Shown in pieces: positions 41,560 through 51,274 of a stretch of DNA of 64,000 nucleotides; position 1 is the first letter of the stretch; each line of letters starts with the position of its first letter. The stretch comes from Alphaproteobacteria bacterium (GTDB taxonomy: Bacteria; Pseudomonadota; Gammaproteobacteria; JAGOUN01), in contig JAGKWX010000002.1 in NCBI GenBank assembly GCA_021151585.1, positions 5,859 to 69,858 on the forward strand, given 5' to 3'. The translations under genes were made by a program, and so were the position numbers. A model generated the notes under the pieces. That model was not told where the DNA came from. It worked only from the letters and a program-made list of their open reading frames with translations, and did not search any database.

Positions 41560-43662
41560 ATGATACATCTTTATGCTGAAATTGCCGTTTCCTGCCCCTT
41601 ACGTCAAACGTTTGACTATATTATTCCAAAAAATACACAATTAAAGCCTGGCATGAGAGTCAAAATTCCTTTTGGAAGACGAACTGTCACTGGCCTAGTC
41701 ATAAAAACCAAATCCACATCGTCATATGGCTCAGAATTAAAGGCAATTATAGAACCGCTCGATCAAGAAGCCATTATATCTGCTGAATTGCTACAATTAG
41801 GAATCTGGGCTAGCCAATATTATCAGCACCCTATTGGTGAAGTCTTAGTTGGAATGCTGCCCAGCAAATTACGACAGGGCAAAACGTTAAAGATTTACCC
41901 AAGCAGTATATCATCCGAATTTAGGCTATCTCCTAGCAATATTATACTACACCAAGAACAACAAGCCGCCGTTCATCATATTGCTACACAGCTAGAGCAA
42001 TTTAATGCATTTCTATTATACGGCATTACTGGTAGCGGCAAAACCGAAGTCTATTTTCGCGTCATTGAGGAGGTGCTAAAAAATAACCAGCAAATTTTAT
42101 TTTTAATTCCAGAAATTTCATTGTCACCGCAAACAGTTCAGCGTTTTTTAAAACGCTTTAATAATAATTACCAAACAAACCTTAGTGATACTACCGAAAA
42201 ATGCTTAGAACATGGCGCGCAAGACCATGAACCTGTATTGTCGAAACGCAACATAGACAGCGGCTCTTGTGTGAGCGTGATACATTCCGGTTTAACAGAC
42301 AAACAGCGCCTCACCGCCTGGATGCAAGCACAAAACGGCGAGGCAAAAATTATTATCGGCACTCGTTCTGCAATTTTTACGCCATTTAAAAATTTAGGCA
42401 TAATTATTATCGATGAAGAACATGACGCGTCTTTTAAGCAACAAAGTGGATTTCGCTATTCAGCGCGCGATGTCGCTATTAAACGTGCTCATAACTTAAA
42501 TATTCCAATAATTCTAGGCTCTGCAACACCATCTGCCGAAAGCTATCACAATGCATTGAAGAAAAAATATCAATTAATAGAGTTAAAAATACGCGCCGGG
42601 GGTGCTAGTATTCCTAGCTTCAAACTCATAGCCACCACTACAAAAAATAGTGAAAACGGTTTAACTTCAGAAACAATTGACACGATACAACAGCATTTAT
42701 CCCGGCAAGAACAAGTACTAATTTTTATTAATCGGCGTGGTTATTCGCCTGCATGGTTTTGCCAAAGCTGCCACTGGCAAGCGAACTGTACACGTTGCGA
42801 TAGTCATTTAGTATTTCATAAAAAAGACAAAAAACTGATCTGTCATCATTGTGGTCACCAAGAAAAAATTACACTAACTTGTCCGCAGTGTCACAGCCGC
42901 TCCTTACTAGCTCTGGGCGAAGGTACACAACGCATTGCAGAAACATTAGAACATTTATTTACTCACACCCCCGTTTTTCGAATTGATCGGGATAATATTA
43001 AAAATAAAAATCAATTAACTGAACAACTTGACCATATTCATGCAAGCGAGGCTTGCATTCTTGTCGGCACACAAATGCTATCTAAAGGACATCACTTTCC
43101 TAATGTAACCCTCGTTGTTATCTTAGGCGTTGATTATGGCTTGATGAGTCACGATTTTCATGCGCTTGAAAATACGGCTCAGCTTATCTTGCAAGTTGCA
43201 GGACGCGCCGGACGTGCCAACAAACCAGGTACGGTTTTATTACAAACTTTTCAACCAGAGCATCCACAACTGCAAGCGATCACCCAGCATCCTTATGACA
43301 CTTTTCTTAAAGGAATACTGACTGAACGACAAGAATTTCATTTGCCGCCCTTTTCTTATTTGGCATTATTTCGCGTCGAAGCTAAACAACAAGACCAAGC
43401 ATTACTAGCGATTAGCGCGATTCAAGCCGCTTGTAAAGCAAACAACTCAATCTTCGACCAAGAATCATTCACCATCCATGATCCTGTGCCATCACCTATG
43501 CAACGTAAAGCTGGGTTTTATCAGTTTCAACTATTGTTACAAGCCAATAATCGTGCTTATTTATACACTTTTTTACGATATACCTTGGCCGATCTGGATA
43601 AAATTCAAGCAGTTAAAAAAGCGAGATGGAGCATTGAAATTGATCCCATAGATTTACTCTAA
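41560..43662 (+). CDS. priA: Primosomal replication restart helicase PriA
   Basis: AEIAVSCPLRQTFDY, Walker A GITGSGKTEVY, DEEHD, and the Cys-rich Zn region CQSC....C..C...L.......C.HCG......CP.C. Confidence 0.9.
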   Translation: MIHLYAEIAVSCPLRQTFDYIIPKNTQLKPGMRVKIPFGRRTVTGLVIKTKSTSSYGSELKAIIEPLDQEAIISAELLQLGIWASQYYQHPIGEVLVGMLPSKLRQGKTLKIYPSSISSEFRLSPSNIILHQEQQAAVHHIATQLEQFNAFLLYGITGSGKTEVYFRVIEEVLKNNQQILFLIPEISLSPQTVQRFLKRFNNNYQTNLSDTTEKCLEHGAQDHEPVLSKRNIDSGSCVSVIHSGLTDKQRLTAWMQAQNGEAKIIIGTRSAIFTPFKNLGIIIIDEEHDASFKQQSGFRYSARDVAIKRAHNLNIPIILGSATPSAESYHNALKKKYQLIELKIRAGGASIPSFKLIATTTKNSENGLTSETIDTIQQHLSRQEQVLIFINRRGYSPAWFCQSCHWQANCTRCDSHLVFHKKDKKLICHHCGHQEKITLTCPQCHSRSLLALGEGTQRIAETLEHLFTHTPVFRIDRDNIKNKNQLTEQLDHIHASEACILVGTQMLSKGHHFPNVTLVVILGVDYGLMSHDFHALENTAQLILQVAGRAGRANKPGTVLLQTFQPEHPQLQAITQHPYDTFLKGILTERQEFHLPPFSYLALFRVEAKQQDQALLAISAIQAACKANNSIFDQESFTIHDPVPSPMQRKAGFYQFQLLLQANNRAYLYTFLRYTLADLDKIQAVKKARWSIEIDPIDLL

Positions 43663-43739
43663 AATTTTTATATTAAAGATGGAATTTATTTAATCATTAA
43701 CTATACTTCGGTACAAAAAAATAAAAATAGAGAAACAAC

Positions 43740-44135
43740 ATGTCCGTTGAAAACAACTCGTTAGAACAAGATGCCATCTTTAAGCAAGGTAACGATATTA
43801 TCAAACGATTAGTCAATATCGAGACTGAATGGAAACATATTCTCAACAACCATGTTGCTATTCCAAAACTCAATGAGTACAGCGAAATAACAAGAAAATT
43901 ACTAGAAGAAAGCATAGCATTCGAAGGTAAGACAATGAATCCTGAAAATTTTGGCTCATCACCTGAGCTTATCCATACGCTCAATACATTACGTGAACAT
44001 GTTGCACTATCAAGAAAATCTTTAACAAGCGGATTACCTATATCACTATTAACAGGCAACACGAACACGTTATTTCAATCTGGTTTATCCAATAATCTGT
44101 TAAGGCAATCTTTCCACCGTAGTCATTATGTTTAG
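43740..44135 (+). CDS. Hypothetical protein (orphan)
   Basis: 131-aa ORF with protein-like composition and AGAG upstream. The overlapping antisense ORF 43697-44068 has junk composition. Confidence 0.4.
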   Translation: MSVENNSLEQDAIFKQGNDIIKRLVNIETEWKHILNNHVAIPKLNEYSEITRKLLEESIAFEGKTMNPENFGSSPELIHTLNTLREHVALSRKSLTSGLPISLLTGNTNTLFQSGLSNNLLRQSFHRSHYV

Positions 44136-44294
44136 CACATGATGTTAATCCGACATGCAATCGTTAATATCATCATTTACAAGAGCAAGATGCGGAAGCT
44201 AGGTTAAAATAATGTTTATTTTAGGATCATAATTTGAATTTTATTTAATCATATACTATGATTTATTTCTACGTCATCGGCCAGAGAAATAACT

Positions 44295-44702
44295 ATGCCT
44301 CAAACATTAAGTTTAGTAACCTCAGATAAACTCACCGATACTGTTGAAAGCCTGAGTAATCACGATTTATTTCGTCTTTATAAAATTGCGGCCGAGTTGA
44401 TAGAAATAGAAGCTGCCATCAAACGCGGCACAGACATGGCTCGCATAACCAACATAAAAACATCTTGCCCACTGCCCGCAATCTCTGAAATAAGTCTAAA
44501 ATCCAAACATCAACCCGATGAGTCTAAAAACCAAGAACTTGATTGTTATAGCCCAACCTCTATCAATCACAGCTTGTTAAGTCGACACTGTACTATGTAT
44601 TCAGAGTGTAGCAGATCTAGTGCTGACAGCATCACTTCGAATAATAGCGGTTATTCTGCTGACGAATCTAGAAACAGCGGTTATTATTCAGCTTTTAGCT
44701 AG
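44295..44702 (+). CDS. Hypothetical protein (orphan) with a Ser-rich C-terminal tail containing an NSGY repeat
   Basis: 135-aa ORF. The tail is SITSNNSGYSADESRNSGYYSAFS. No recognisable domain. Confidence 0.4.
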   Translation: MPQTLSLVTSDKLTDTVESLSNHDLFRLYKIAAELIEIEAAIKRGTDMARITNIKTSCPLPAISEISLKSKHQPDESKNQELDCYSPTSINHSLLSRHCTMYSECSRSSADSITSNNSGYSADESRNSGYYSAFS

Positions 44703-44769
44703 CTTGGTGCTAGCATAAGCCGCCCAATCAGTTAAAATAGCCTCTTAACATTTGCTTTCGAGGGTCGCT

Positions 44770-45654
44770 GTGCTGACATTTCAAGAATTAATAGCTCGTT
44801 TACAAAATTACTGGTCACAACAAGGCTGCGTGATCACACAACCACTAGATATGGAGGTGGGTGCTGGTACGTTTCATACAGCAACATTTTTGCGCGCGAT
44901 TGGCCCTGAACCTTGGTATGCCGCTTATGTACAACCATCGCGCCGCCCAACCGACGGCCGTTATGGTGAAAATCCAAATCGTGTACAGCACTATTACCAA
45001 TTTCAAGTCGCCATGAAACCGGCACCAGAAAATATTCAAGACCTATATTTAGGATCACTAAAAGAAATAGGCATTGATGCCAATATTCACGATATTCGAT
45101 TTGTTGAAGACAATTGGGAATCACCGACCTTAGGCGCTTGGGGGTTAGGTTGGGAAGTTTGGTATAATGGCATGGAGGTGACGCAATTTACTTATTTCCA
45201 ACAAGTCGGTGGCTTAGAATGCAAGCCTGTGTTAGGCGAGATCACCTACGGTTTGGAACGAATTGCCATGGCAATTCAAGGCGTTGATAGTATTTTTGAT
45301 CTTATATGGGCTAATACACCGAATGGCGCCATCACCTATGGCGATGTCTTTAAACAAAATGAAATCGAACAATCTGCCTATAACTTTGAATATGCCAACA
45401 TAGAGGTATTACTAAAACGTTTTTCAGAATATGAACATGAATGTCAATCTTTATTAGAACATGGCTTACCTTTACCAGCATACGAACAAGCCATCAAAGC
45501 TTCACATACCTTTAATTTGCTTGACGCACGCCAGGCAATTTCTGTCACTGAACGTCAACGCTATATTTTACGAATACGCACACTAACGAAAAAAATCGCA
45601 GAAGCTTATTTCGCGTCACGCGAAAACCTTGGCTTTCCGTTGTTAAAAAAATAG
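44770..45654 (+). CDS. glyQ: Glycine--tRNA ligase alpha subunit
   Basis: TFQELI..LQ.YW..QGC...QP.D.EVGAGT.H. GTG at 44770 after GAGGG; the ORF opens at 44752. Confidence 0.9.
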   Translation: MLTFQELIARLQNYWSQQGCVITQPLDMEVGAGTFHTATFLRAIGPEPWYAAYVQPSRRPTDGRYGENPNRVQHYYQFQVAMKPAPENIQDLYLGSLKEIGIDANIHDIRFVEDNWESPTLGAWGLGWEVWYNGMEVTQFTYFQQVGGLECKPVLGEITYGLERIAMAIQGVDSIFDLIWANTPNGAITYGDVFKQNEIEQSAYNFEYANIEVLLKRFSEYEHECQSLLEHGLPLPAYEQAIKASHTFNLLDARQAISVTERQRYILRIRTLTKKIAEAYFASRENLGFPLLKK

Positions 45655-45663
45655 GAAAACATA

Positions 45664-47748
45664 ATGGAACATCATGATCTATTGATAGAAATTTTTACTG
45701 AAGAATTACCGCCAAAACGATTACATATTTTAGAACATGCTTTTGTCAATAGCGTTCGACAACAACTCGTCGATGCTGAGCTGAGCTTTTCACATGCCAA
45801 ATCTTACGCAACGCCGCGTCGCTTAGCGGTTGTTGTTGAAAAACTTGCAGAACAACAATTACCTCAAACAATTGAATACAAAGGCCCAAGCGTTAATGTC
45901 GCTTACGACAGCAATAAACAATTGACGCCAGCAGGGTTAGGGTTTGTAAAAAAATGCGGTATTACTGCAAGTCAGTTAAGTACAATGCAAACTGATAAAG
46001 GCGAATGCTTATATTTTTCTGGCGAAAAACCTGGCTTATCTATAGATAGTTTAATCCCAGACATCATAAAAACAGCATTAAAAAATTTGCCGATTCCAAA
46101 GCCAATGCGTTGGGCTAACCATGATTTCAACTTTATTCGCCCAGTACACTCTATCATTTTATTATACGGGGAGCGCGTTATCGATGCAGAGTTTTTTGGC
46201 TTAACAAGTGGTCGCTGCACACAAGGTCACAGACAATTATCACACGGCAATATCGATATTAGTTTTCCAAGTAATTATGCTAAAGAATTAGAAGACAAAG
46301 GATGTGTCATAGTTGATAGCGAAGAAAGAAAAAGTATTATACTTCAACAAATTCAGCTAAATTTACAGGCGCTGAGCGAAGCAACAAACCGTGGCACATT
46401 AAAAATCGCCGTCACTGACCAGCAAGAATATGAAAGTTTATTAAATGAAGTGACTGCTCTTGTCGAATGGCCAAAAGTATTATTATGTCGTTTTGATGAA
46501 AGCTTCCTTAATATGCCTAAAGAAGTGTTGATGGCGAGCATGCAAGGCCATCAAAAATGTTTTGCTATTACTGACATGAATGAAAAATTATTACCTTACT
46601 TTATCACTGTCAGCAACTTGCAAAGCAAAGATGAAATGGCAGTAATCTGTGGCAATGAACGAGTTATGCGCGCACGATTATCAGACGCGAAGTTTTTTTA
46701 TGAAACTGATGTAAAAACGACATTAGATGAATATGCACCACGATTAGATAAAACAATTTATCAAGAAAAATTGGGGACATTGAAAGACAAGGTGGAGCGC
46801 GTTGCGAAGCTAGCGACCGACATCGCTATAAGCATCGAAACGACTCCTTGCAGCGGCCCTGATCATCATACAATAATGCGCGCAGCCTCGCTGTGCAAAC
46901 TTGATTTGTTTTCACACATGGTCGGAGAATTCCCTGAATTACAAGGCACCATGGGCAAATATTATGCGCTTCATGAAGGTGAATCCGCTGAAATCGCGAA
47001 TGCTATAGAAGAACATTATTGGCCACGTTTTGCCGATGACAAAATCCCAACCGCCCGTATCAGTGCCCTGCTCGCACTTGCTGATCGTATTGATACCATC
47101 ATAGGATTTTTTAGCGTCGGTTTAATTCCCACTGGCGATAAAGATCCATTTGCTTTACGGCGCGCCGCACTGGGGGCTTTAAAAATCATTATAGAAAATA
47201 AACTGGAAATTAATTTAGAAAATATTCTTGTCAAAGAAAATGTCATAGAGTTTTTTAAAGAACGTTTCAAAACGATTGCACTTGAAAAAAATATTACAGT
47301 TGATGTGTTTAATGCCATATTTAACATTGTAAAACTACAAGCTACTGATGCATTGCTTCGCATGCAAGAATTACAGCAGTTTAAAGCCAATCCAGCGATT
47401 GAAACGCTTGTACAAGCGAATAAACGCGCTAAAAATTTATTAGAAAAAAACAATGCTATAGATACTGAATTTAGTTTTGATGTGCATTTATGTGAAAAAG
47501 ACGTAGAAAAGGAGCTAAATCAACAAATTCTTAAAAAGGAAAGCCATATAAAACCTCTGATCAACAAAACACAATACACAGATGCTTTGTTGTTATTAGC
47601 CGAACTCAAGCCAACACTTGATCAGTTTTTTAATGAAGTCATGGTTATGACTGACAATATTCTGCAACGTAATAATCGCTTAGCGCTATTAACAAGGTTA
47701 TGCGATTTGTTTGCACAAGTAGCGGATTTTTCTGAATTGCAGCTATAA
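45664..47748 (+). CDS. glyS: Glycine--tRNA ligase beta subunit
   Basis: 694 aa. LLIEIFTEELPPK N-terminus. Directly follows glyQ. Confidence 0.9.
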   Translation: MEHHDLLIEIFTEELPPKRLHILEHAFVNSVRQQLVDAELSFSHAKSYATPRRLAVVVEKLAEQQLPQTIEYKGPSVNVAYDSNKQLTPAGLGFVKKCGITASQLSTMQTDKGECLYFSGEKPGLSIDSLIPDIIKTALKNLPIPKPMRWANHDFNFIRPVHSIILLYGERVIDAEFFGLTSGRCTQGHRQLSHGNIDISFPSNYAKELEDKGCVIVDSEERKSIILQQIQLNLQALSEATNRGTLKIAVTDQQEYESLLNEVTALVEWPKVLLCRFDESFLNMPKEVLMASMQGHQKCFAITDMNEKLLPYFITVSNLQSKDEMAVICGNERVMRARLSDAKFFYETDVKTTLDEYAPRLDKTIYQEKLGTLKDKVERVAKLATDIAISIETTPCSGPDHHTIMRAASLCKLDLFSHMVGEFPELQGTMGKYYALHEGESAEIANAIEEHYWPRFADDKIPTARISALLALADRIDTIIGFFSVGLIPTGDKDPFALRRAALGALKIIIENKLEINLENILVKENVIEFFKERFKTIALEKNITVDVFNAIFNIVKLQATDALLRMQELQQFKANPAIETLVQANKRAKNLLEKNNAIDTEFSFDVHLCEKDVEKELNQQILKKESHIKPLINKTQYTDALLLLAELKPTLDQFFNEVMVMTDNILQRNNRLALLTRLCDLFAQVADFSELQL

Positions 47749-47766
47749 GAAAACGTATGTCGCCAA

Positions 47767-47800
47767 ACTGGGATCAGAATCAATTGACTCTGATCCCAGT
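47767..47800 (+). terminator. 34-nt near-perfect palindrome 19 nt after the glyS stop (terminator or protein-binding site)
   Basis: actgggatcaga (47767-47778) pairs with tctgatcccagt (47789-47800). The centre, tcaattga, is itself palindromic. No downstream T-run. Confidence 0.4.
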
Positions 47801-47895
47801 CTGACATTATTATCCTTACAATAATCGATTAGCGTTCCAATATTGCAAAGAAATAGTCTATAATCGATCTACATATCTCAATTTCTGGTTAAAAT

Positions 47896-48387
47896 TTGAT
47901 CAAGCTCATCCTCCTAGACCGTGACGGCGTTATTAATTACGACTCGCCAGACTTTATTAAATCACCGGATGAATGGCGCGACATTCCTGGGAGCTTAGAA
48001 GCTATTGCATTGCTCAATAAAGCGGGAATAAAAGTCGCAATCGCCAGCAATCAATCTGGGCTTGCACGCGGATATTTTACTGAAAAAACTCTGCAAAAAA
48101 TTCATCAAAAAATGTTGAGTGAATTAGAGAAACACGGCGGACATATCGATAAAATTTTTTATTGTCCACATGGGCCTAATGATAACTGCGAATGTCGCAA
48201 ACCAAAACCAGGTATGTTATTAGAAGCGTTTAAATATTTTAATATAACATCAGAAGAAGCCTGTTTCGCAGGAGATTCACAACGCGATATCGACGCAGCA
48301 AAGGCGGCCGGCTGTGCAGCTATACTTATTACTGAAAACCACAAACTTTTACAATTTGTACAAACATTGTTAGGAAAAAGCTCATGA
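47896..48387 (+). CDS. gmhB: D-glycero-D-manno-heptose 1,7-bisphosphate phosphatase (HAD)
   Basis: LDRDGVIN, SNQSG.ARG, and the Zn loop CPHGPNDNCECRKPKPGM. TTG start. Confidence 0.8.
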   Translation: MIKLILLDRDGVINYDSPDFIKSPDEWRDIPGSLEAIALLNKAGIKVAIASNQSGLARGYFTEKTLQKIHQKMLSELEKHGGHIDKIFYCPHGPNDNCECRKPKPGMLLEAFKYFNITSEEACFAGDSQRDIDAAKAAGCAAILITENHKLLQFVQTLLGKSS

Positions 48388-49136
48388 TTATTTTTCGATT
48401 TTTTACATCACTACTTTTTTCAATTAGCATGATAATTTTAACGATTTTTTATGGTTTTATTTGCTCTTTTTTACCTAAATCCCCTGATTTGGCGTGCAAG
48501 TTGGCGGCTCGATACGGTTTTTTAATCGTGCATATAGCGAAATATTTATGCGGCATACATTTTAAAGTAACCGGATCAGAGAATATTCCGAAAACTAATC
48601 GCTTTATTATTTTTAGCAAACATCAATCAACCTGGGAAACTTTTTTCTTATTATATTATTTTCCAAATATGTCTATTATTTTAAAAAAGGAATTATTGAA
48701 CATTCCATTTTTTGGCTGGGGCTTAAAGTCATTACGCCCTATAGCCATCGATAGAAGTGCTGGACGCGCAGCAATTAACGCACTCAATGAGCAAGGTGAA
48801 ACACGTTTACAGCAAGGTTTATGTATTTTGTGTTTTCCTGAAGGTACAAGAAAAGCACCAGGTGATGCGCCAGACTATAAAGTCGGCGGCGCAATGCTCG
48901 CAGCCAAAACCGAAGCACCCATTCTTCCCATCGCCTTAAATTCAGGCATATGCTGGCCTAAACGCGGTTTTTTGAAAAAATCTGGCACCATTTCTGTGAA
49001 TATTGGCCCCTGTATTGAAACAAACAACAAAAAAACCAGCATCATTTTACAAGAAGCACAAGAGTGGATTGAACATCAAATGCAAATTATTGATGTAATG
49101 TCATCTAAAAAAAATCAACATAAACCACAAAAATAG
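48384..49136 (+). CDS. plsC: 1-acyl-sn-glycerol-3-phosphate acyltransferase
   Basis: HQSTWE (HX4D-type box variant) and FPEGTR motifs, N-terminal TM. Overlaps the gmhB stop. Confidence 0.8.
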   Translation: MIIFRFFTSLLFSISMIILTIFYGFICSFLPKSPDLACKLAARYGFLIVHIAKYLCGIHFKVTGSENIPKTNRFIIFSKHQSTWETFFLLYYFPNMSIILKKELLNIPFFGWGLKSLRPIAIDRSAGRAAINALNEQGETRLQQGLCILCFPEGTRKAPGDAPDYKVGGAMLAAKTEAPILPIALNSGICWPKRGFLKKSGTISVNIGPCIETNNKKTSIILQEAQEWIEHQMQIIDVMSSKKNQHKPQK

Positions 49137-49295
49137 AAAATATCGACTATACTCAAAACTGCACATATTCATTACACATAACCAGGAAACGATCACGGTC
49201 TGGACACTACAAAGATCAAGTGTTGTGAACATAATAATAAAGCGCATTGTAGCCCTGGGTTGTAACGTAAAAAAAAATAATAAAATCGCTACAAC

Positions 49296-50072
49296 TCAGC
49301 CTTTTGTTTTAACCAAACTCATGATGCGAATATTTTCGCGCAGATGCTTAGGGTTTGTAGTCCCAACAATCACACTACTTACCGCTGGAAACGAATATAT
49401 TTTTTCAAATGTTTCTTGAATAGCGGCTGGAGAACAAACATAACCACTGGCAAAGGCTTTTTTTATGAGAATAGATTTATCTAATGAAACAGCTTTATCT
49501 AAAATAATTGCTTCTTCTGTGTGCTGTAAATTATAAGTCACCATAAGTACATCGCTTTTTTCTAATGCCAATAAACCACCCTCAACTGTTTTAGTCGACA
49601 TACCATAATAGCGGATTAATCCCTTTGTTTTTATATCAGACAAAATATCCAAAACTCCATGGCGCTGAATCAGCTCAACATCAGCGCCAGTGGAATGCAC
49701 CAATACCGTATCTAAATAATCCGTTTGTAGACGCTGCAAACTACGCTCGATACTCCACCGAATATGTTGCTCTGAAAAATCAAAATACGATTCACCATGT
49801 TCGAATTCCTCACCAACTTTTGTCATCACATGCCAATCATGACGGCGACCCGGCAACAGCCGCCCTAAGCGTTCTTCACTGCAACCATAAGCCGGCGCGG
49901 TATCAATCAAATTAACACCTAAATCTAAAGCTGTATCGAATAATTCCTTGACTGCACGATCATCAGGGATATCAAATGCTTGCGGGTATTTCACTTGTTG
50001 ATTGCGACCGATTTTTACTGTACCCAAGCCAATGGGGCTAACCCAATCATTCCCTAATCGTCTTGTTTGCAT
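49296..50072 (-). CDS. Aldo/keto reductase
   Basis: RRLG......IGLGT, IDTAPAYG.SEE.LG. The ATG at 50072 is 8 nt after the upstream gene's stop. Confidence 0.8.
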   Translation of the reverse strand: MQTRRLGNDWVSPIGLGTVKIGRNQQVKYPQAFDIPDDRAVKELFDTALDLGVNLIDTAPAYGCSEERLGRLLPGRRHDWHVMTKVGEEFEHGESYFDFSEQHIRWSIERSLQRLQTDYLDTVLVHSTGADVELIQRHGVLDILSDIKTKGLIRYYGMSTKTVEGGLLALEKSDVLMVTYNLQHTEEAIILDKAVSLDKSILIKKAFASGYVCSPAAIQETFEKIYSFPAVSSVIVGTTNPKHLRENIRIMSLVKTKG

Positions 50073-50080
50073 GATAAGTC

Positions 50081-51274
50081 TTAACTCCAAGGATAATTCG
50101 CAACAACAGGTTGCATAAAAACATTCAAAGGCATTGATACTGACGCTCCTAGCGGCGACCGAATGCTACCCTCAAGCCGCTGCTCTGAATGCTCAGCCCG
50201 CAACAACCTATCAACAATTTGCTGAGCCAGCAGAGGCGCAAACGCCAACTTTGTTGGCCATGCGGCAATAACATTGCCTTCTTGAAACACTACGGGGCCA
50301 TCAGGTTTTTTACCTTTATCAGAAAACGCTTCAGCACGCTCAATATAAAAAGTAGAAAATATTGCTGTAGAAAAATTAATATGTGGAAATAATGACTGTA
50401 ATTCTTTACGCGCAAAATCAATTTGCTGCTCAGGTTTTCTGGCTACTCCCGTTTCTGCCAAATCACCACCTAAATACCAAACAGTGTTATCACCTTCACC
50501 GTGCGTGGTAATGGTAATCCGGGGCTTATCGCTAACCTGCATTGCATGGCCATAAAATCTCGGCAGATTTGGCATCTTAACCGCAACCATTAACAAAGGA
50601 CGAACTTGCATTTTCACCTGGGATAAAGAAAATTTTTCTGCCAATGCTTGGTTACCTTTACCTGCCAGTAAAACAATATGTTCCGCTGTTAACTCAATAT
50701 CAGTATGCTCATTATGTAAATGCAACACCATCTCTTTACCAACACGAGTCACTTCTTGTAAATCGGCTTGCAACAAATAATTAACATGAGGTTGCGCCAA
50801 TGCTTCTACTAATGTTTGTACCGCGAGAATTGGTTCTTCTAATCGGTAAACCACGCCCTTGAAATCTGGCGCTGAAAAAATCTCAGGATAATCATCACGC
50901 GTTAAACCACTCACCTGCCCTTTTAAATTTTTACTCGCTAAAAAGACAGCTAAATTTGCAGCAATGGATCCAGGTGACCACAAGTACTGATGTCCTGACA
51001 AGACTTTAACAGTGGATAAATCAATCTCACCATCGCCTTGCAAACATTGTCGCCATATCGTTGGCATTTGTCGCATTGCATCTGCCGACAGGGTTGATTT
51101 GCCTTGTAAAGCATATTTTAATCCACTATGAATGATCCCTTGTGAATAAATAGTTTGACCGCCGCCCAGCTGATTGTTTTCAATTAAGATAGCATCCACA
51201 TTATGGCCGCGCAAAAGGTTTAACAACCACAAGCCCGCGACACCACCACCAAAAATTGCTATCTGCGTTTTCAA
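50081..51274 (-). CDS. FAD-dependent oxidoreductase (GlpD/DAO-like N-terminus)
   Basis: IAIFGGGVAGLW dinucleotide-binding motif, then GQT.YSQGIIHSGLKY. The TTG start overlaps the MFS stop (TTGA). Confidence 0.7.
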   Translation of the reverse strand: MKTQIAIFGGGVAGLWLLNLLRGHNVDAILIENNQLGGGQTIYSQGIIHSGLKYALQGKSTLSADAMRQMPTIWRQCLQGDGEIDLSTVKVLSGHQYLWSPGSIAANLAVFLASKNLKGQVSGLTRDDYPEIFSAPDFKGVVYRLEEPILAVQTLVEALAQPHVNYLLQADLQEVTRVGKEMVLHLHNEHTDIELTAEHIVLLAGKGNQALAEKFSLSQVKMQVRPLLMVAVKMPNLPRFYGHAMQVSDKPRITITTHGEGDNTVWYLGGDLAETGVARKPEQQIDFARKELQSLFPHINFSTAIFSTFYIERAEAFSDKGKKPDGPVVFQEGNVIAAWPTKLAFAPLLAQQIVDRLLRAEHSEQRLEGSIRSPLGASVSMPLNVFMQPVVANYPWS

